Shown here: in pieces, positions 1 through 10,753 of the stretch
Position numbering within the stretch: the stretch's first letter is position 1
How the letters are laid out: the number at the start of each line of letters is the position of its first letter
Assembly (NCBI GenBank): GCA_050613775.1
Contig: JBODTK010000130.1
Span: 1 to 64,000 of the forward strand
Source: Neocallimastix sp. 'constans'
Lineage: Eukaryota
Reading direction: 5' to 3'
Length of the DNA: 64,000 nt
Notes under the pieces: generated by a model
What the model was told of the DNA's origin: nothing
Database searches by the model: none
What the model saw: the letters and a program-made list of their open reading frames with translations, nothing else
Position numbers and translations under genes: made by a program

Positions 1-33
1 TATAATAATAATAAAAATAATAATAATATAAAA

Positions 34-64
<31 letters not shown>

Positions 65-115
65 TTATTTATATATAATAATAGTTATTATAATAATAAT
101 ATTATTATAATAATT

Positions 116-148
<33 letters not shown>

Positions 149-590
149 ACATTTTAGAAGAGCACTTCCGCTCAATTCTTATTTATTATTAAAATAATTA
201 CTTCCATCAAGAGAGTTTGTTCTATCTGGAAAGTCTATCAAGAGGATTTTTCAAGATATTGAAAAACTTGGAATAATTAGTTTTATTCAACAATAATAAA
301 TAAGTTTTATAATTATTAATTTTAAATTTTTATTTTCTTAATATTAGAATACTAAATTCATTCAGTACCTACCATCAGGGAGAGCGGCTGTTAGATGAAA
401 AACTCTATAGCTAAAGGCTCATCGATTGGGATAGGTGAATTAAGTAATTCCGTATTATTAATTAAATAAAAATTATTATTATTAATTATTTCTAAAATCA
501 GCATCGTCTTCCGGGAATATACAATATATGGTAATTTATTAGTGGCTTGATTAAATTCAGGTATAATAAATTATTAAAATAACTTTTTAT

Positions 591-790
591 TAGAGAGTAG
601 ATAAGAGCGTTTACTTGTATAAGCGGGGGAGTAGAGCGCTATTTAATAAGGTTTCAATATCAGACCTTTAATTGAAAAATCCATAAAGCCCTTGTTTCAA
701 TAGGCAGGAACAGTTAAAGGTTACTTGGAACTGACGGTTAAATAGTGGAGGTCGAAAGACGCAGAGTAAATGCTTGCGGGAATCGAAAAT
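591..790 (+). promoter_or_regulatory. Conserved, probably structured 5' leader motif of element 1
   Basis: Collinear blocks shared with 17487-17690 (TAGAGAGTAG, CTTGTAnAAGCGnGnGAGTAnAG, ATTGAAAAA..TGTTTCAAT, TGACGGTT, GAGGTyGAAA, TGCGGGnnTCGAA). Confidence 0.6.
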
Positions 791-924
791 AATAATAAAG
801 TTATAACATATATTTGATTGTCCCTTATTAAAATATATACAAAAAAAATATACTAATTTATATAATAATAATTCTACTAACAAGCCTTTTCTATCGCTAA
901 AAACTATTCTTCATTTGGAATTTG

Positions 925-975
<51 letters not shown>

Positions 976-1335
976 TCATTAATATTTGTCTTCCTTTTTA
1001 ATAAGATTTACTTCATCATTTTTTTTAAAAATCCATATAAAAAAAATATCTTCTATAATAATTATTTTCCTTTTAACAGGATTTACTTATCATTTATTTT
1101 TTTTGTTAAAATCTAAAAAAAAAAAAAAAAAAAAAAAAATTTCTATATATATACTTATAAATTATAAATAAATTTCCTGTAAAACACAATTTTTAAATAA
1201 TATTAAATAATAAAAAAAAAAAAAAAAAAAAAAAAATCTAAATCTTCGTTTCTATAAAAGAAATTTTGTGTTCTTTATTGTTCTTTATTAATAAAAGAAA
1301 ATATATAAATATATTTTCTCCATAATATTTATCTT

Positions 1336-1368
<33 letters not shown>

Positions 1369-1489
1369 GATTTTCTTTATCATTTTTTTTTGTTAAAATC
1401 TATATATATATATAAATATTAGAAAATAAATTTCATTATAAAACTATATTTTAAATAAAATAAATAAAAATAAAATATATATATATCCA

Positions 1490-1529
<40 letters not shown>

Positions 1530-1576
1530 TTTATATTCGTTTCTATTTAAGCAATTTTGTGTTCTTTTGTGTTCTT

Positions 1577-1646
<70 letters not shown>

Positions 1647-1649
<3 letters not shown>

Positions 1650-2978
1650 AAGATTAGCGAAATAGCTAAATTATTGCCACGACTTGGTAGTTTCGATAGG
1701 GACATAGAATCATGGGCTGAAGAGTTCAATAGGGTAATGGAACTCTCAGATATTGATGACCCTAGAAAAATGTTTGCTTGGGCAAAAGAATGTGTTCCTG
1801 GACGATTAAAAGGAGTAATTGAAGATCTTAAAGAAGAAGATGAAGAGGCTGAAATGATCATATATCCAAGTATTACGGATATTAAAACTGCCATTGAAAA
1901 ATTTTTAGATATTACTCCTCAAGAAAAATGCTTTAACCTAAAATCACTCAAAATACAAAAGGGTGAATCAATTAAAGACTTTAACTGGAGATACGGTAAA
2001 TTATACGGATCACTTACTCCAGAAAGTCAAGCATTTATTACTATTAATGATTACACGGATTCATTATTAAGTCGTCCATATGCTAGAAAGGAAGTAATAA
2101 CTTCTCAACCAGCTAATTTAGAAGAAGCATTTAAAATAGCTGAACTTGCAGAGACTGCTTCTGAAATGCCCAATAGAAATAGAAATGTCGTTATGTTTAC
2201 CAATACTTATGGAGGTCTAAATTCTATTTTTCCAAATAATTATAGTAATAATTATAATAATAGAAATTATGACAATCCTAATAATTATGAATACAATAAT
2301 TATCGCTCTAATTATAATAATTATAACTATAATAATTATAATAATTATAATAAAAATAATGGTTATAATCATTCAAATAATTATAATAATAATTATCGAA
2401 ATTCTTATAATAATAATTATAATAACTCTATTAATAACAGAAATATAAATCATTTCCGAAATGGTTATAATAGTGGTAATAATTATAATAACAATAATCC
2501 AAATTTTAACAACATGAATAATAATTTTAGCAATAATAAAGTACCCGGAATTAAAAATAATTTAAGAAATCAAAATTTTATGTCTAATAATATTAATCTA
2601 AATTGTTTTAAATGTCATCAACCTGGTCATAGGATGCAAGATTGTCCTTATACTTATCAAGAACTAGCTGATATGGAAGCTACTGGAAGACTTAATAACA
2701 ATAATCTCTACATTACAAATAACAGCAATACAAACAGAAATCATAACCTAAACAATAATAATAACTATGATGGTAATTATAATATTAGTAATTTAAATAG
2801 AAACTCTAATATTAATACTAATAATGTAAATAATTATAACTCAAATGGAAACTTTAATGTTAATACTAATTATAATAATACTAGTTATAACAGTTCAAAT
2901 CCTAATCATAATAACATAGATCCTATTAATAATAACCAAAATTTCTTTAATAACAATAATCAACCTTTAAACTTCTAA
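1647..2978 (+). CDS. gag: Gag (capsid-like N-terminus, Asn/Tyr-rich low-complexity region, CCHC zinc knuckle)
   Basis: 443-aa ORF; CFKCHQPGHRMQDC = CX2CX4HX4C; lies directly upstream of pol. Confidence 0.92.
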
Positions 2979-3000
2979 ATGGGAGAAGGAATACTCCCAT
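2966..3000 (+). promoter_or_regulatory. -1 programmed ribosomal frameshift signal (gag-pol)
   Basis: T_TTA_AAC in gag frame (2966-2972), 6-nt spacer, stem ATGGGAG (2979-2985)/CTCCCAT (2994-3000). The -1 frame is open from here into pol. Confidence 0.85.
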
Positions 3001-3205
3001 AAATCAAACCAATACAACTCTTTTAACTAATTCACTTACTGGAACTAAAGAATCTTCGAATATAGAAGATAATAAAGAAATAGCCATTGTAGCTGAAAGA
3101 AGAAGTAGAAAAACTAATGAAAATAAACCATATAAGAAAGCAACTAAGAAAAGTTTAAAAGAAAATCCTCAACCAATTAAAGTTCCATCAAATAATCAGG
3201 AACAA

Positions 3206-6200
3206 ATGGAAATGGAACCAGAAAGTGAAACTAATAGTAATAATAAAGGAAATGAAAATCAAAAAGAAACAGAAGCGTTAAATCATCTTGATCCATCTTT
3301 TATAAATGAACCCTCAATTGAAGAAGCAAAAAGAAGAAACAAGAAAGAAAGAGCAAAAGAAATAAAAGAATTAGCTAAAGAAATACAACTTCCAAGTGAA
3401 AAAAAGGTAGAAAAATCCAATAAGGAAAATATTACAAAAAAATTAAAAATAACAGGAAATCAAGATAATTATAATATAGTGGACGATATTGGAAATAAGT
3501 TCGCTAATATTACCATCGGACAGTTGCTCAATATCAATCCTAAATTGAGAACTGAATTATCAAAAGCCTTAAAGTTTACAACAATTATAGAAGATGAAGA
3601 AACAATCTTATCAACAATTAAGAAAGATAAGATTGTAAAAACAAAATGTAAGGTAGAAAACGTAGAAACTACAGTATATTTAGATTCCTGTTCTTCTATT
3701 AATATGATCACCAAAACCTTCATGATAAATAATAAAATTCCATTTAAACCAATTTCTGCTATTAAAGAAACTTTATATCAAGCTTGTACTAATACCACGC
3801 TCATCTCAAAATTATATGAAATAGAAATAACAATTGGAAATATTACTTCTAAGGAAATCTTTAGATTGGTTGAAAAAGATGATATTTTCCAAGTATTAAT
3901 TGGTGTGGATGCGCTAGCTAGAATGAAGATTATTATGGACTTCTCTGATCACACCTTGTATCAAAAAACAGATGAGATACGAAAGATAGGAAGTTTTGAA
4001 AGTGTGACCGAAATAGAAGATGAAGAAGATGATATTAAAGATGAATTCGAAGAAGAATTGAATAAAGATGTGCTAGTTGATTATTTATTAACCACCGAAG
4101 ATAAATATATTCAAATTTTATATGAAGAAAATAATGATAATAATGATATTGATAATTCCTTTGGAAATCATAATGATAAAGATGGAAATAATTTTTGCAA
4201 TATAAATAATAATGATAATTATTTAAAGAATGTATTTGGATGTAAAATTAATAATGATAAAATTTCTAAAATTTATAATAATAATTGTTCTTCTAATAAA
4301 GATATTAATAATAATAATACTAACAAAAATTTTAATACTATAAATAATCATGATAATCCAAATGAAATTAATATCGATAATAATAATAATATCGAAAATT
4401 TTTCTAATAAAAATTTTTCTAGTAAAAATCTATCTAATAAAAATTTTAATAGTAAAAATTTTTCTAATAAAATTTTTAATAATAGAATTAATAATATTTT
4501 TGAAAAACCTATTAATAAAAATAATATCAATAATTCGATTAGTATTAATAATAAAAATTGTTCTTCTGAAAATTTTAATAATAAAAATAATATTAATAAT
4601 TTCTCTAAAAATTTATATGATGTTAATAATACTGATAATATTTCTAAAGATTTAGATAATATTAATAATATTTATGAAAACTTAAATAGCATTAATAATA
4701 CTAATAATCCTTATAATATTTTTGGAAATAAAAATAATATTAATAATTTTTCTGAAATTTTTAATAAAAATAATATTAATAATCTTTCTGAAAACCTTAA
4801 TAAAAATAATATTAATAATCTTTCTGAAAACCTTAATAAAAATAATATTAATACTGATAAACCTTCTGAAAATTTTTGTAATGATAATAATGATAATATA
4901 GTTTCTAAAGATGTTGATAATACTATTAGTGATAAAAATTTTTCCACAATTTTTAATGAAGATGTTAATAATAAAAATTCTTTCGAAATTAATCATCATG
5001 TTAAAGATATTAATGATTTCGTTATAAGTGGTAACAAAAAAGATAATAAAAATTCTTTACAAAATAATTATTCTTTATTAACAAAAATAAATGAAATTAA
5101 TGATAAAAAGAATTATGAAAACAGTGTAATCAAAAATATTGATATTTCTATTGAAAATACTGTTAAGAATTTTAAAAGTGTAAAGGAAATAACTATTCAT
5201 GAAATTGCGGCGAAAGCACCAACAAAAATTAGAAATAAACTAAAGTTTTTATTATTAAATAATATAAATGTATTAGCACTTGATACAGATGATTTAGGTA
5301 AATCGAAATTACTAAGTCATAAAATAAAAATCATAAGTGGTCGAATGCCAATTAAACAAAGAATGTATCGAGTAGCAAATAAGAAGCAAATGAGTATACT
5401 AAGAGAAGAAATAAGTAAATTATTAAGAAATGGATTGATAGAACCTTCAAAATCATCATGGTCGTTCCCAGTTATTCTCGTTCCTAAAAAGAATGGTAAA
5501 TGGAGAATGGTAGTGGATTATAGAAAATTAAATGATATTACTATTAAAGACGCATATCCTTTACCTTATATAGAAGAAATATTATTTTCTATAGGCAATA
5601 AAGTTAAGTACTTAACCACGCTTGACTTATTTTCTGGTTTCCATCAGATTCCTATGGAAAAAGAAGACAGAGATAAAACTTGCTTTACAACAATGTTTGG
5701 AAATTATAATTACAAAGTTATGCCATTCGGACTTTGTAATGCTCCTGCAACTTTCCAACGTGAAATGAACAGAATATTCTTGCCTTTAATTGGTAAATGT
5801 ATGTTCATTTATATGGATGATTTAGTAATATTTTCTGATACCTTAGAACAACACATATTGGATCTACAAAAAGTTTTTGATATTATTAAAGAAAATGGTC
5901 TAAAGGCTAATTTATCAAAATGCCATTTTATTAAACAAGAAGTTGAAGTATTAGGCCATATTTTATCCACAGAAGGTATAAAGCCAGTACCCAAAAAGGT
6001 AGATGTAATATCCAAATGGGAATCACCTAAAAATATTACTCAATTAAGATCTTTCTTAGGTGCAATTGGATATTATAGAAAATTTATTAAAGATTTTGCT
6101 ATAATTGCTCAACCATTATTTAAACTATTAAAGAAAAATATAAAATATATCTGGGATGATATAACTGAAGAAAGATTTAAAATTCTTAAGGAAAAACTTA

Positions 6201-8551
6201 TTGAAGCTCCTATTCTTAAATATCCAGATTATGATAAACAATTTTTAATTAGAACGGATGCTTCATTAGATGGAATAGGTGGTGTATTAATGCAGAAAGA
6301 TAAAGATAACATCGAACATCCAATTCAATACATTAGTAGATCTTTAAAACCTACTGAAATAAATTATAGTATTACTGATTTAGAAGGCACAGCTGCTTAT
6401 TATTGTTGTTTAAAATTTAAACCATATTTTAGTGGTAATAAATTTGATACTATTTTATATACTGATCATAAACCTTTAATAGGCTTATTTAATAATAAAG
6501 AACCAAATAATGCTCGTCAAGCTAGATGGGTTATAACTTTTAGTATGTTAAAAATTGTAGTTAAATATGAACAAGGAAAGAAAAATGTTATTGCTGATGC
6601 ACTTTCTCGATTAATTCCTGACTCTAAAAATATTAATAAAGAAATTAAAAATAATACTTTGTTTATTCATTTGAATAATAATGAAAATATTAATTACGAT
6701 TCTATTGAAAATATAAATAGAATGAATAATACAAATAAAAATGATTATCCTTTAAATAATATTTCTGAAGAAAATAATTACGTTAATTTTAATAAAAATA
6801 ATTTAGATAATAATATAATTAATTCTTTAAATAAATTAAATAATAATAATAATAATAATAATAATAATTATATTTTTAAAAATTTAAATAATAATTCCAG
6901 TGTTAATAGTTATTATGAAAAATTTAATAATAATAATAATAATAATGACAAAAATTTTTATTTAGAAAATTTTAATAATAATTGTAATAATAGTAGTAAC
7001 GATATTAAAAATTTTTCAAAGGAATTTTGTAACCTTAATCAAAATAATATTAAAAATTTTTCTGAAAAACTTAATTATAACAATATTAATAAAAATTGTA
7101 TTAAAAATTTTTATGAAAATAATTTTGATAAAAATCCTTTAATTGATATTTCTGAAAATTCTTATAATAAAAATCTTAATATATGTAATTCTAAAATTAA
7201 TGATAACTATAATGAAAATAATATTAATTTAAATAAAAGTAAAGATAATAATAATTTGGAAAATTATTATATTTTAAATAAAGATTCCATTGAAAATAAT
7301 TTTAATGAAAATGAAATAATTTTTGTTACAACTAATGATGACAGTAATAATACTGAAGTTGAAGAATTAAATAATAGTATTGCTATTAAAGAATATTTGA
7401 AAAAGAAAATAATTATTATAGATAATATTAAATATTTTAAAGACGGAGAAAATATTCGTAAATTTGTCGAAAACAAAGAAGAGAAAATAGAACTATTATT
7501 AGCTGCGCATAGTGTTGGACATGAAGGCTATTATAAAACATACGATAGACTTAAAAGGAAATATTATTGGGAAAACATGTCCAAAGATGTAGAATTACTT
7601 GTTAAAACTTGCCATGATTGTCAAATGAACAGACCACAACCAATTAATAGAGGTACTGAATCATTTGCTACTAAACCAGGTTTACCCTTTACTCGAGTTG
7701 GTTTAGACATTATAGGACCCTTACCTATCACTAAATCAAATAATAAATACATAATTGTTTTAGTTGATTATTTTACAAAATGGGTAGAAGCCGAACCATT
7801 TCCTACAATTGAATCTAAAGACGTTATTAAGTTTCTTACTAATGTATTTTCTCGACATGGCATTCCTGAAATTTTAATCACTGATAATGGTCCGCAATTT
7901 ACTTCCAATGCTACAAAAGGATTTTTAGATTTATATAATGTTTATGTTCATTACATCAGTACTTACCATCCTGAAAGTAATGGCCAAGTTGAAAATAGAA
8001 ATAGAGAAATTATAAAATATATTAGACTACTTGGAGGAACAGAAAAGAATTGGGATGAAATTCTTCCAGTTGCTTTATGGGCCTTAAGAACTTGCAAAAG
8101 TGAAGTTACAAAATTTTCTAGTTTTGAACTCTTATATGGTAGAACTGATCTACAACCATTCGAATTAACAATTGCATATAATGATAGAAATATAAATGAA
8201 ACCTTTGATGAATATTTAATTAGAAAATTTACAACTCATCATAAATGGATTATGGAAGCCACTGCTAATATTGATAATGCTAATAAATTATGGGAAAATA
8301 GAAGAAAACAACAAAAATCTATGAATACTGTTTTTGAACCAGGGGACTTAGTTTTAGTTAGAAATTTCTCAAGAAGAAAGTTAGACCCCTTTTACACTGG
8401 TCCTTTTAGAATTGTTCAAATGAATTATAATACCGCTTGTATTTGTGATATTTACACTGGTGAAATAGCTGACAGAAATGTACACCAGAAAAATCTTGTT
8501 CATTATTATACTTGGTATAATCAGACTTCAGGGGACGAAGTCTCATCTTAA
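3206..8551 (+). CDS. pol: Pol polyprotein (protease, RT, RNase H, integrase); frame is open from 2966, so probably made as a Gag-Pol fusion
   Basis: YLDSCS protease-like motif; RT WRMVVDYRKLN, MPFGLCNAPATFQ, YMDD; RNase H TDAS, TDHKPL, NVIADALSR; integrase HHCC, GLDIIGP, TDNGPQF, NGQVE, GPF motif. No chromodomain. Confidence 0.95.
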   Translation: MEMEPESETNSNNKGNENQKETEALNHLDPSFINEPSIEEAKRRNKKERAKEIKELAKEIQLPSEKKVEKSNKENITKKLKITGNQDNYNIVDDIGNKFANITIGQLLNINPKLRTELSKALKFTTIIEDEETILSTIKKDKIVKTKCKVENVETTVYLDSCSSINMITKTFMINNKIPFKPISAIKETLYQACTNTTLISKLYEIEITIGNITSKEIFRLVEKDDIFQVLIGVDALARMKIIMDFSDHTLYQKTDEIRKIGSFESVTEIEDEEDDIKDEFEEELNKDVLVDYLLTTEDKYIQILYEENNDNNDIDNSFGNHNDKDGNNFCNINNNDNYLKNVFGCKINNDKISKIYNNNCSSNKDINNNNTNKNFNTINNHDNPNEINIDNNNNIENFSNKNFSSKNLSNKNFNSKNFSNKIFNNRINNIFEKPINKNNINNSISINNKNCSSENFNNKNNINNFSKNLYDVNNTDNISKDLDNINNIYENLNSINNTNNPYNIFGNKNNINNFSEIFNKNNINNLSENLNKNNINNLSENLNKNNINTDKPSENFCNDNNDNIVSKDVDNTISDKNFSTIFNEDVNNKNSFEINHHVKDINDFVISGNKKDNKNSLQNNYSLLTKINEINDKKNYENSVIKNIDISIENTVKNFKSVKEITIHEIAAKAPTKIRNKLKFLLLNNINVLALDTDDLGKSKLLSHKIKIISGRMPIKQRMYRVANKKQMSILREEISKLLRNGLIEPSKSSWSFPVILVPKKNGKWRMVVDYRKLNDITIKDAYPLPYIEEILFSIGNKVKYLTTLDLFSGFHQIPMEKEDRDKTCFTTMFGNYNYKVMPFGLCNAPATFQREMNRIFLPLIGKCMFIYMDDLVIFSDTLEQHILDLQKVFDIIKENGLKANLSKCHFIKQEVEVLGHILSTEGIKPVPKKVDVISKWESPKNITQLRSFLGAIGYYRKFIKDFAIIAQPLFKLLKKNIKYIWDDITEERFKILKEKLIEAPILKYPDYDKQFLIRTDASLDGIGGVLMQKDKDNIEHPIQYISRSLKPTEINYSITDLEGTAAYYCCLKFKPYFSGNKFDTILYTDHKPLIGLFNNKEPNNARQARWVITFSMLKIVVKYEQGKKNVIADALSRLIPDSKNINKEIKNNTLFIHLNNNENINYDSIENINRMNNTNKNDYPLNNISEENNYVNFNKNNLDNNIINSLNKLNNNNNNNNNNYIFKNLNNNSSVNSYYEKFNNNNNNNDKNFYLENFNNNCNNSSNDIKNFSKEFCNLNQNNIKNFSEKLNYNNINKNCIKNFYENNFDKNPLIDISENSYNKNLNICNSKINDNYNENNINLNKSKDNNNLENYYILNKDSIENNFNENEIIFVTTNDDSNNTEVEELNNSIAIKEYLKKKIIIIDNIKYFKDGENIRKFVENKEEKIELLLAAHSVGHEGYYKTYDRLKRKYYWENMSKDVELLVKTCHDCQMNRPQPINRGTESFATKPGLPFTRVGLDIIGPLPITKSNNKYIIVLVDYFTKWVEAEPFPTIESKDVIKFLTNVFSRHGIPEILITDNGPQFTSNATKGFLDLYNVYVHYISTYHPESNGQVENRNREIIKYIRLLGGTEKNWDEILPVALWALRTCKSEVTKFSSFELLYGRTDLQPFELTIAYNDRNINETFDEYLIRKFTTHHKWIMEATANIDNANKLWENRRKQQKSMNTVFEPGDLVLVRNFSRRKLDPFYTGPFRIVQMNYNTACICDIYTGEIADRNVHQKNLVHYYTWYNQTSGDEVSS

Positions 8552-8560
8552 GCGGGGAGA
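8550..8560 (+). other. Polypurine tract of element 1
   Basis: AAGCGGGGAGA overlapping the pol stop, 3 nt before the LTR TG. Confidence 0.8.
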
Positions 8561-8563
8561 TTA

Positions 8564-10749
8564 TGATACGGGGTGTCACTAAATACCTTGTATTTCCTAT
8601 TAAATACTCTTAATAATAATAAAATAAAATTATTATTAAATATTCTTATTAAAATCTTTTATTAATATCAAATATAATAAAAATTATTATTAAATATTTC
8701 ACTAAATACCTTGTATTTCCTATTAAATACTCTTAATAATAATAAAATAAAATTATTATTAAATATTCTTATTAAAATCTTTTATTAATATCAAATATAA
8801 TAAAAATTATTATTAAATATTCTTATAAATTTCTTTTATTAATATTAAATATAATAAAAATTATTATTAAATATTCTTATAAATTTCTTTTATTAATATT
8901 AAATATAATAAAAATTATTAAATATTCTAATAAAAATCTTTTATTAATATCAAATATAATAAAAATTATTATTAAATATTCTTATTAAAATCTTTTATAA
9001 TAAAAATTATTATTAAATATTCTTATATAATTCTTTTATTAATATTAAATATAATAAAAATTATTATTAAATATTCTTATTAAAATCTTTTATAATAAAA
9101 ATTATTATTAAATATTCTTATAAAATTCTTTTATTAATATTAAATATAATAAAAATTATTATTAAATATTCTTATTAAAATCTTTTATTAATATCAAATA
9201 TAATAAAAATTATTAAATATTCTAATAAAAATCTTTTATTAATATTAAATATAATAAAAATTATTATTAAATATTCTTATTAAAATCTTTTATAATAAAA
9301 ATTATTATTAAATATTCTTATAAAATTCTTTTATTAATATTAAATATAATAAAAATTATTATTAAATATTCTTATTAAAATCTTTTATTAATATCAAATA
9401 TAATAAAAATTATTAAATATTCTAATAAAAATCTATTATTAATATTAAATATAATAAAAATTATTATTAAATATTCTTATTAAAATCTTTTATAATAAAA
9501 ATTATTATTAAATATTCTTATAAAATTCTTTTATTAATATTAAATATAATAAAAATTATTATTAAATATTCTTATTAAAATCTTTTATTAATATCAAATA
9601 TAATAAAAATTATTAAATATTCTAATAAAAATCTTTTATTAATATTAAATATAATAAAAATTATTATTAAATATTCTTATTAAAATCTTTTATAATAAAA
9701 ATTATTATTAAATATTCTTATAAAATTCTTTTATTAATATCAAATCTAATAAAAATTATTATTAAATATTCTTATTAAAATCTTTTATTAATATCAAATA
9801 TGATAAAAATTATTATTAAATATTCTTATAAATTTCTTTTATTAATATCAAATATAATAAAAATTATTATTAAATATTCTTATTAAAATCTTTTATAATA
9901 AAAATTATTATTAAATATTCTTATAAAATTCTTTTATTAATATTAAATATAATAAAAATTATTATTAAATATTCTTATTAAAATCTTTTATTAATATCAA
10001 ATCTAATAAAAATAATTATTAAATATTTTATTAATATTAAATATAATAAAAATTATTACTAAATATTCTTATTAAAAATTATATAATATTTAAATCATTA
10101 CTAATTCTTATTTTTATATTAAGAATAATAAAAACCTATTTCAATAAATATTTGATGTAAAATACAGAATTATAAGTTTCTGTATAATATTTTCTAAAAC
10201 CTTTGAAATAAACTAAAAATAAAACAAAATTAAAAATAAATTAAATCTTTATTAAAATAAAAATGAACTAAAATACAGAAGAATTCCAATAATAAAAATG
10301 ATCTAAAATACAGAAAATATCAATTCTGTATAATTTTCTCTCTGAATAACAATATCATGAAGAAGCTACCGCCTGGAATGCCCTTCGTGATACAAGCTCC
10401 AAATTAATTTTTTTATATTTTTATTTAATAAATGTTATTTTTTTTTTTTTTTTTTTTAAAAAATAATTTAAAATAATAGTTAAAAATTAAAATAAAATAG
10501 TTATAATAGTTTTTTTTTTTTAAAGAATATATTAATAATAAATAAAATGTATTAAAATAAAAGTATAAAAAGAAGAATAAATTTCTTTCTTTTTAATACT
10601 TGGAACAAATAATTTTAATTTTAAATTTAAATAAAGAATATTTTAAAATTTAATTTTTTTTCTTGTTTCCAAATTTATTTTTATAGTTATGTGTTAATAT
10701 TTATTTTTTTGTTTTGAATATCTTAGTGTTTCAACCCCAGCCCGTATCA
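8564..10749 (+). repeat. 3' LTR of element 1 (LTR-A, ~2.2 kb)
   Basis: 9-bp terminal inverted repeat TGATACGGG/CCCGTATCA; follows the PPT; TATA-like GTATAAAA near 10563. Confidence 0.85.
8576..10080. repeat. Tandem minisatellite inside LTR-A (~54-bp and ~41-bp unit variants)
   Basis: Repeated TAATAAAAATTATTATTAAATATTCTTATTAAAATCTTTTATTAATATCAAATA and shorter variants; a ~123-bp duplication at the start (8576/8699). Confidence 0.9.
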
Positions 10750-10753
10750 TTTT

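Larger units (their letters stand above)
1..10749 (+). mobile_element. Ty3/Gypsy LTR retrotransposon, element 1 (intact gag-pol; 5' LTR and PBS lie upstream of the window)
   Basis: gag with CCHC knuckle, pol in PR-RT-RH-IN order, PPT AAGCGGGGAGA, then an LTR bounded by TGATACGGG...CCCGTATCA. No second copy of that LTR is in the window. Confidence 0.93.

Noticed and set aside
360..790. Hammerhead or HDV ribozyme in the element 1 leader
   Set aside because: No CUGANGA...GAAA core with flanking stems and no HDV fold that I could build; kept only as an unassigned structured motif.
668..1894. Small ORFs in the element 1 leader (668-883, 986-1171, 1580-1894)
   Set aside because: Non-ATG starts, homopolymer-derived or antisense to gag; not conserved at protein level with the 17358-17594 ORF as far as I can see.
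3469..7476. Short antisense and alternate-frame ORFs within pol (also those overlapping GPH1 and the LINE)
   Set aside because: Shadow frames of biased or low-complexity coding sequence with no motifs.
8300..8551. Chromodomain at the integrase C-terminus
   Set aside because: Pol ends shortly after the GPF/GPL motif in all three elements, leaving no room for one.
8576..10080. CRISPR-like regular repeat array
   Set aside because: Units are contiguous with no unique spacers, there are no cas genes, and it lies inside a eukaryotic LTR.
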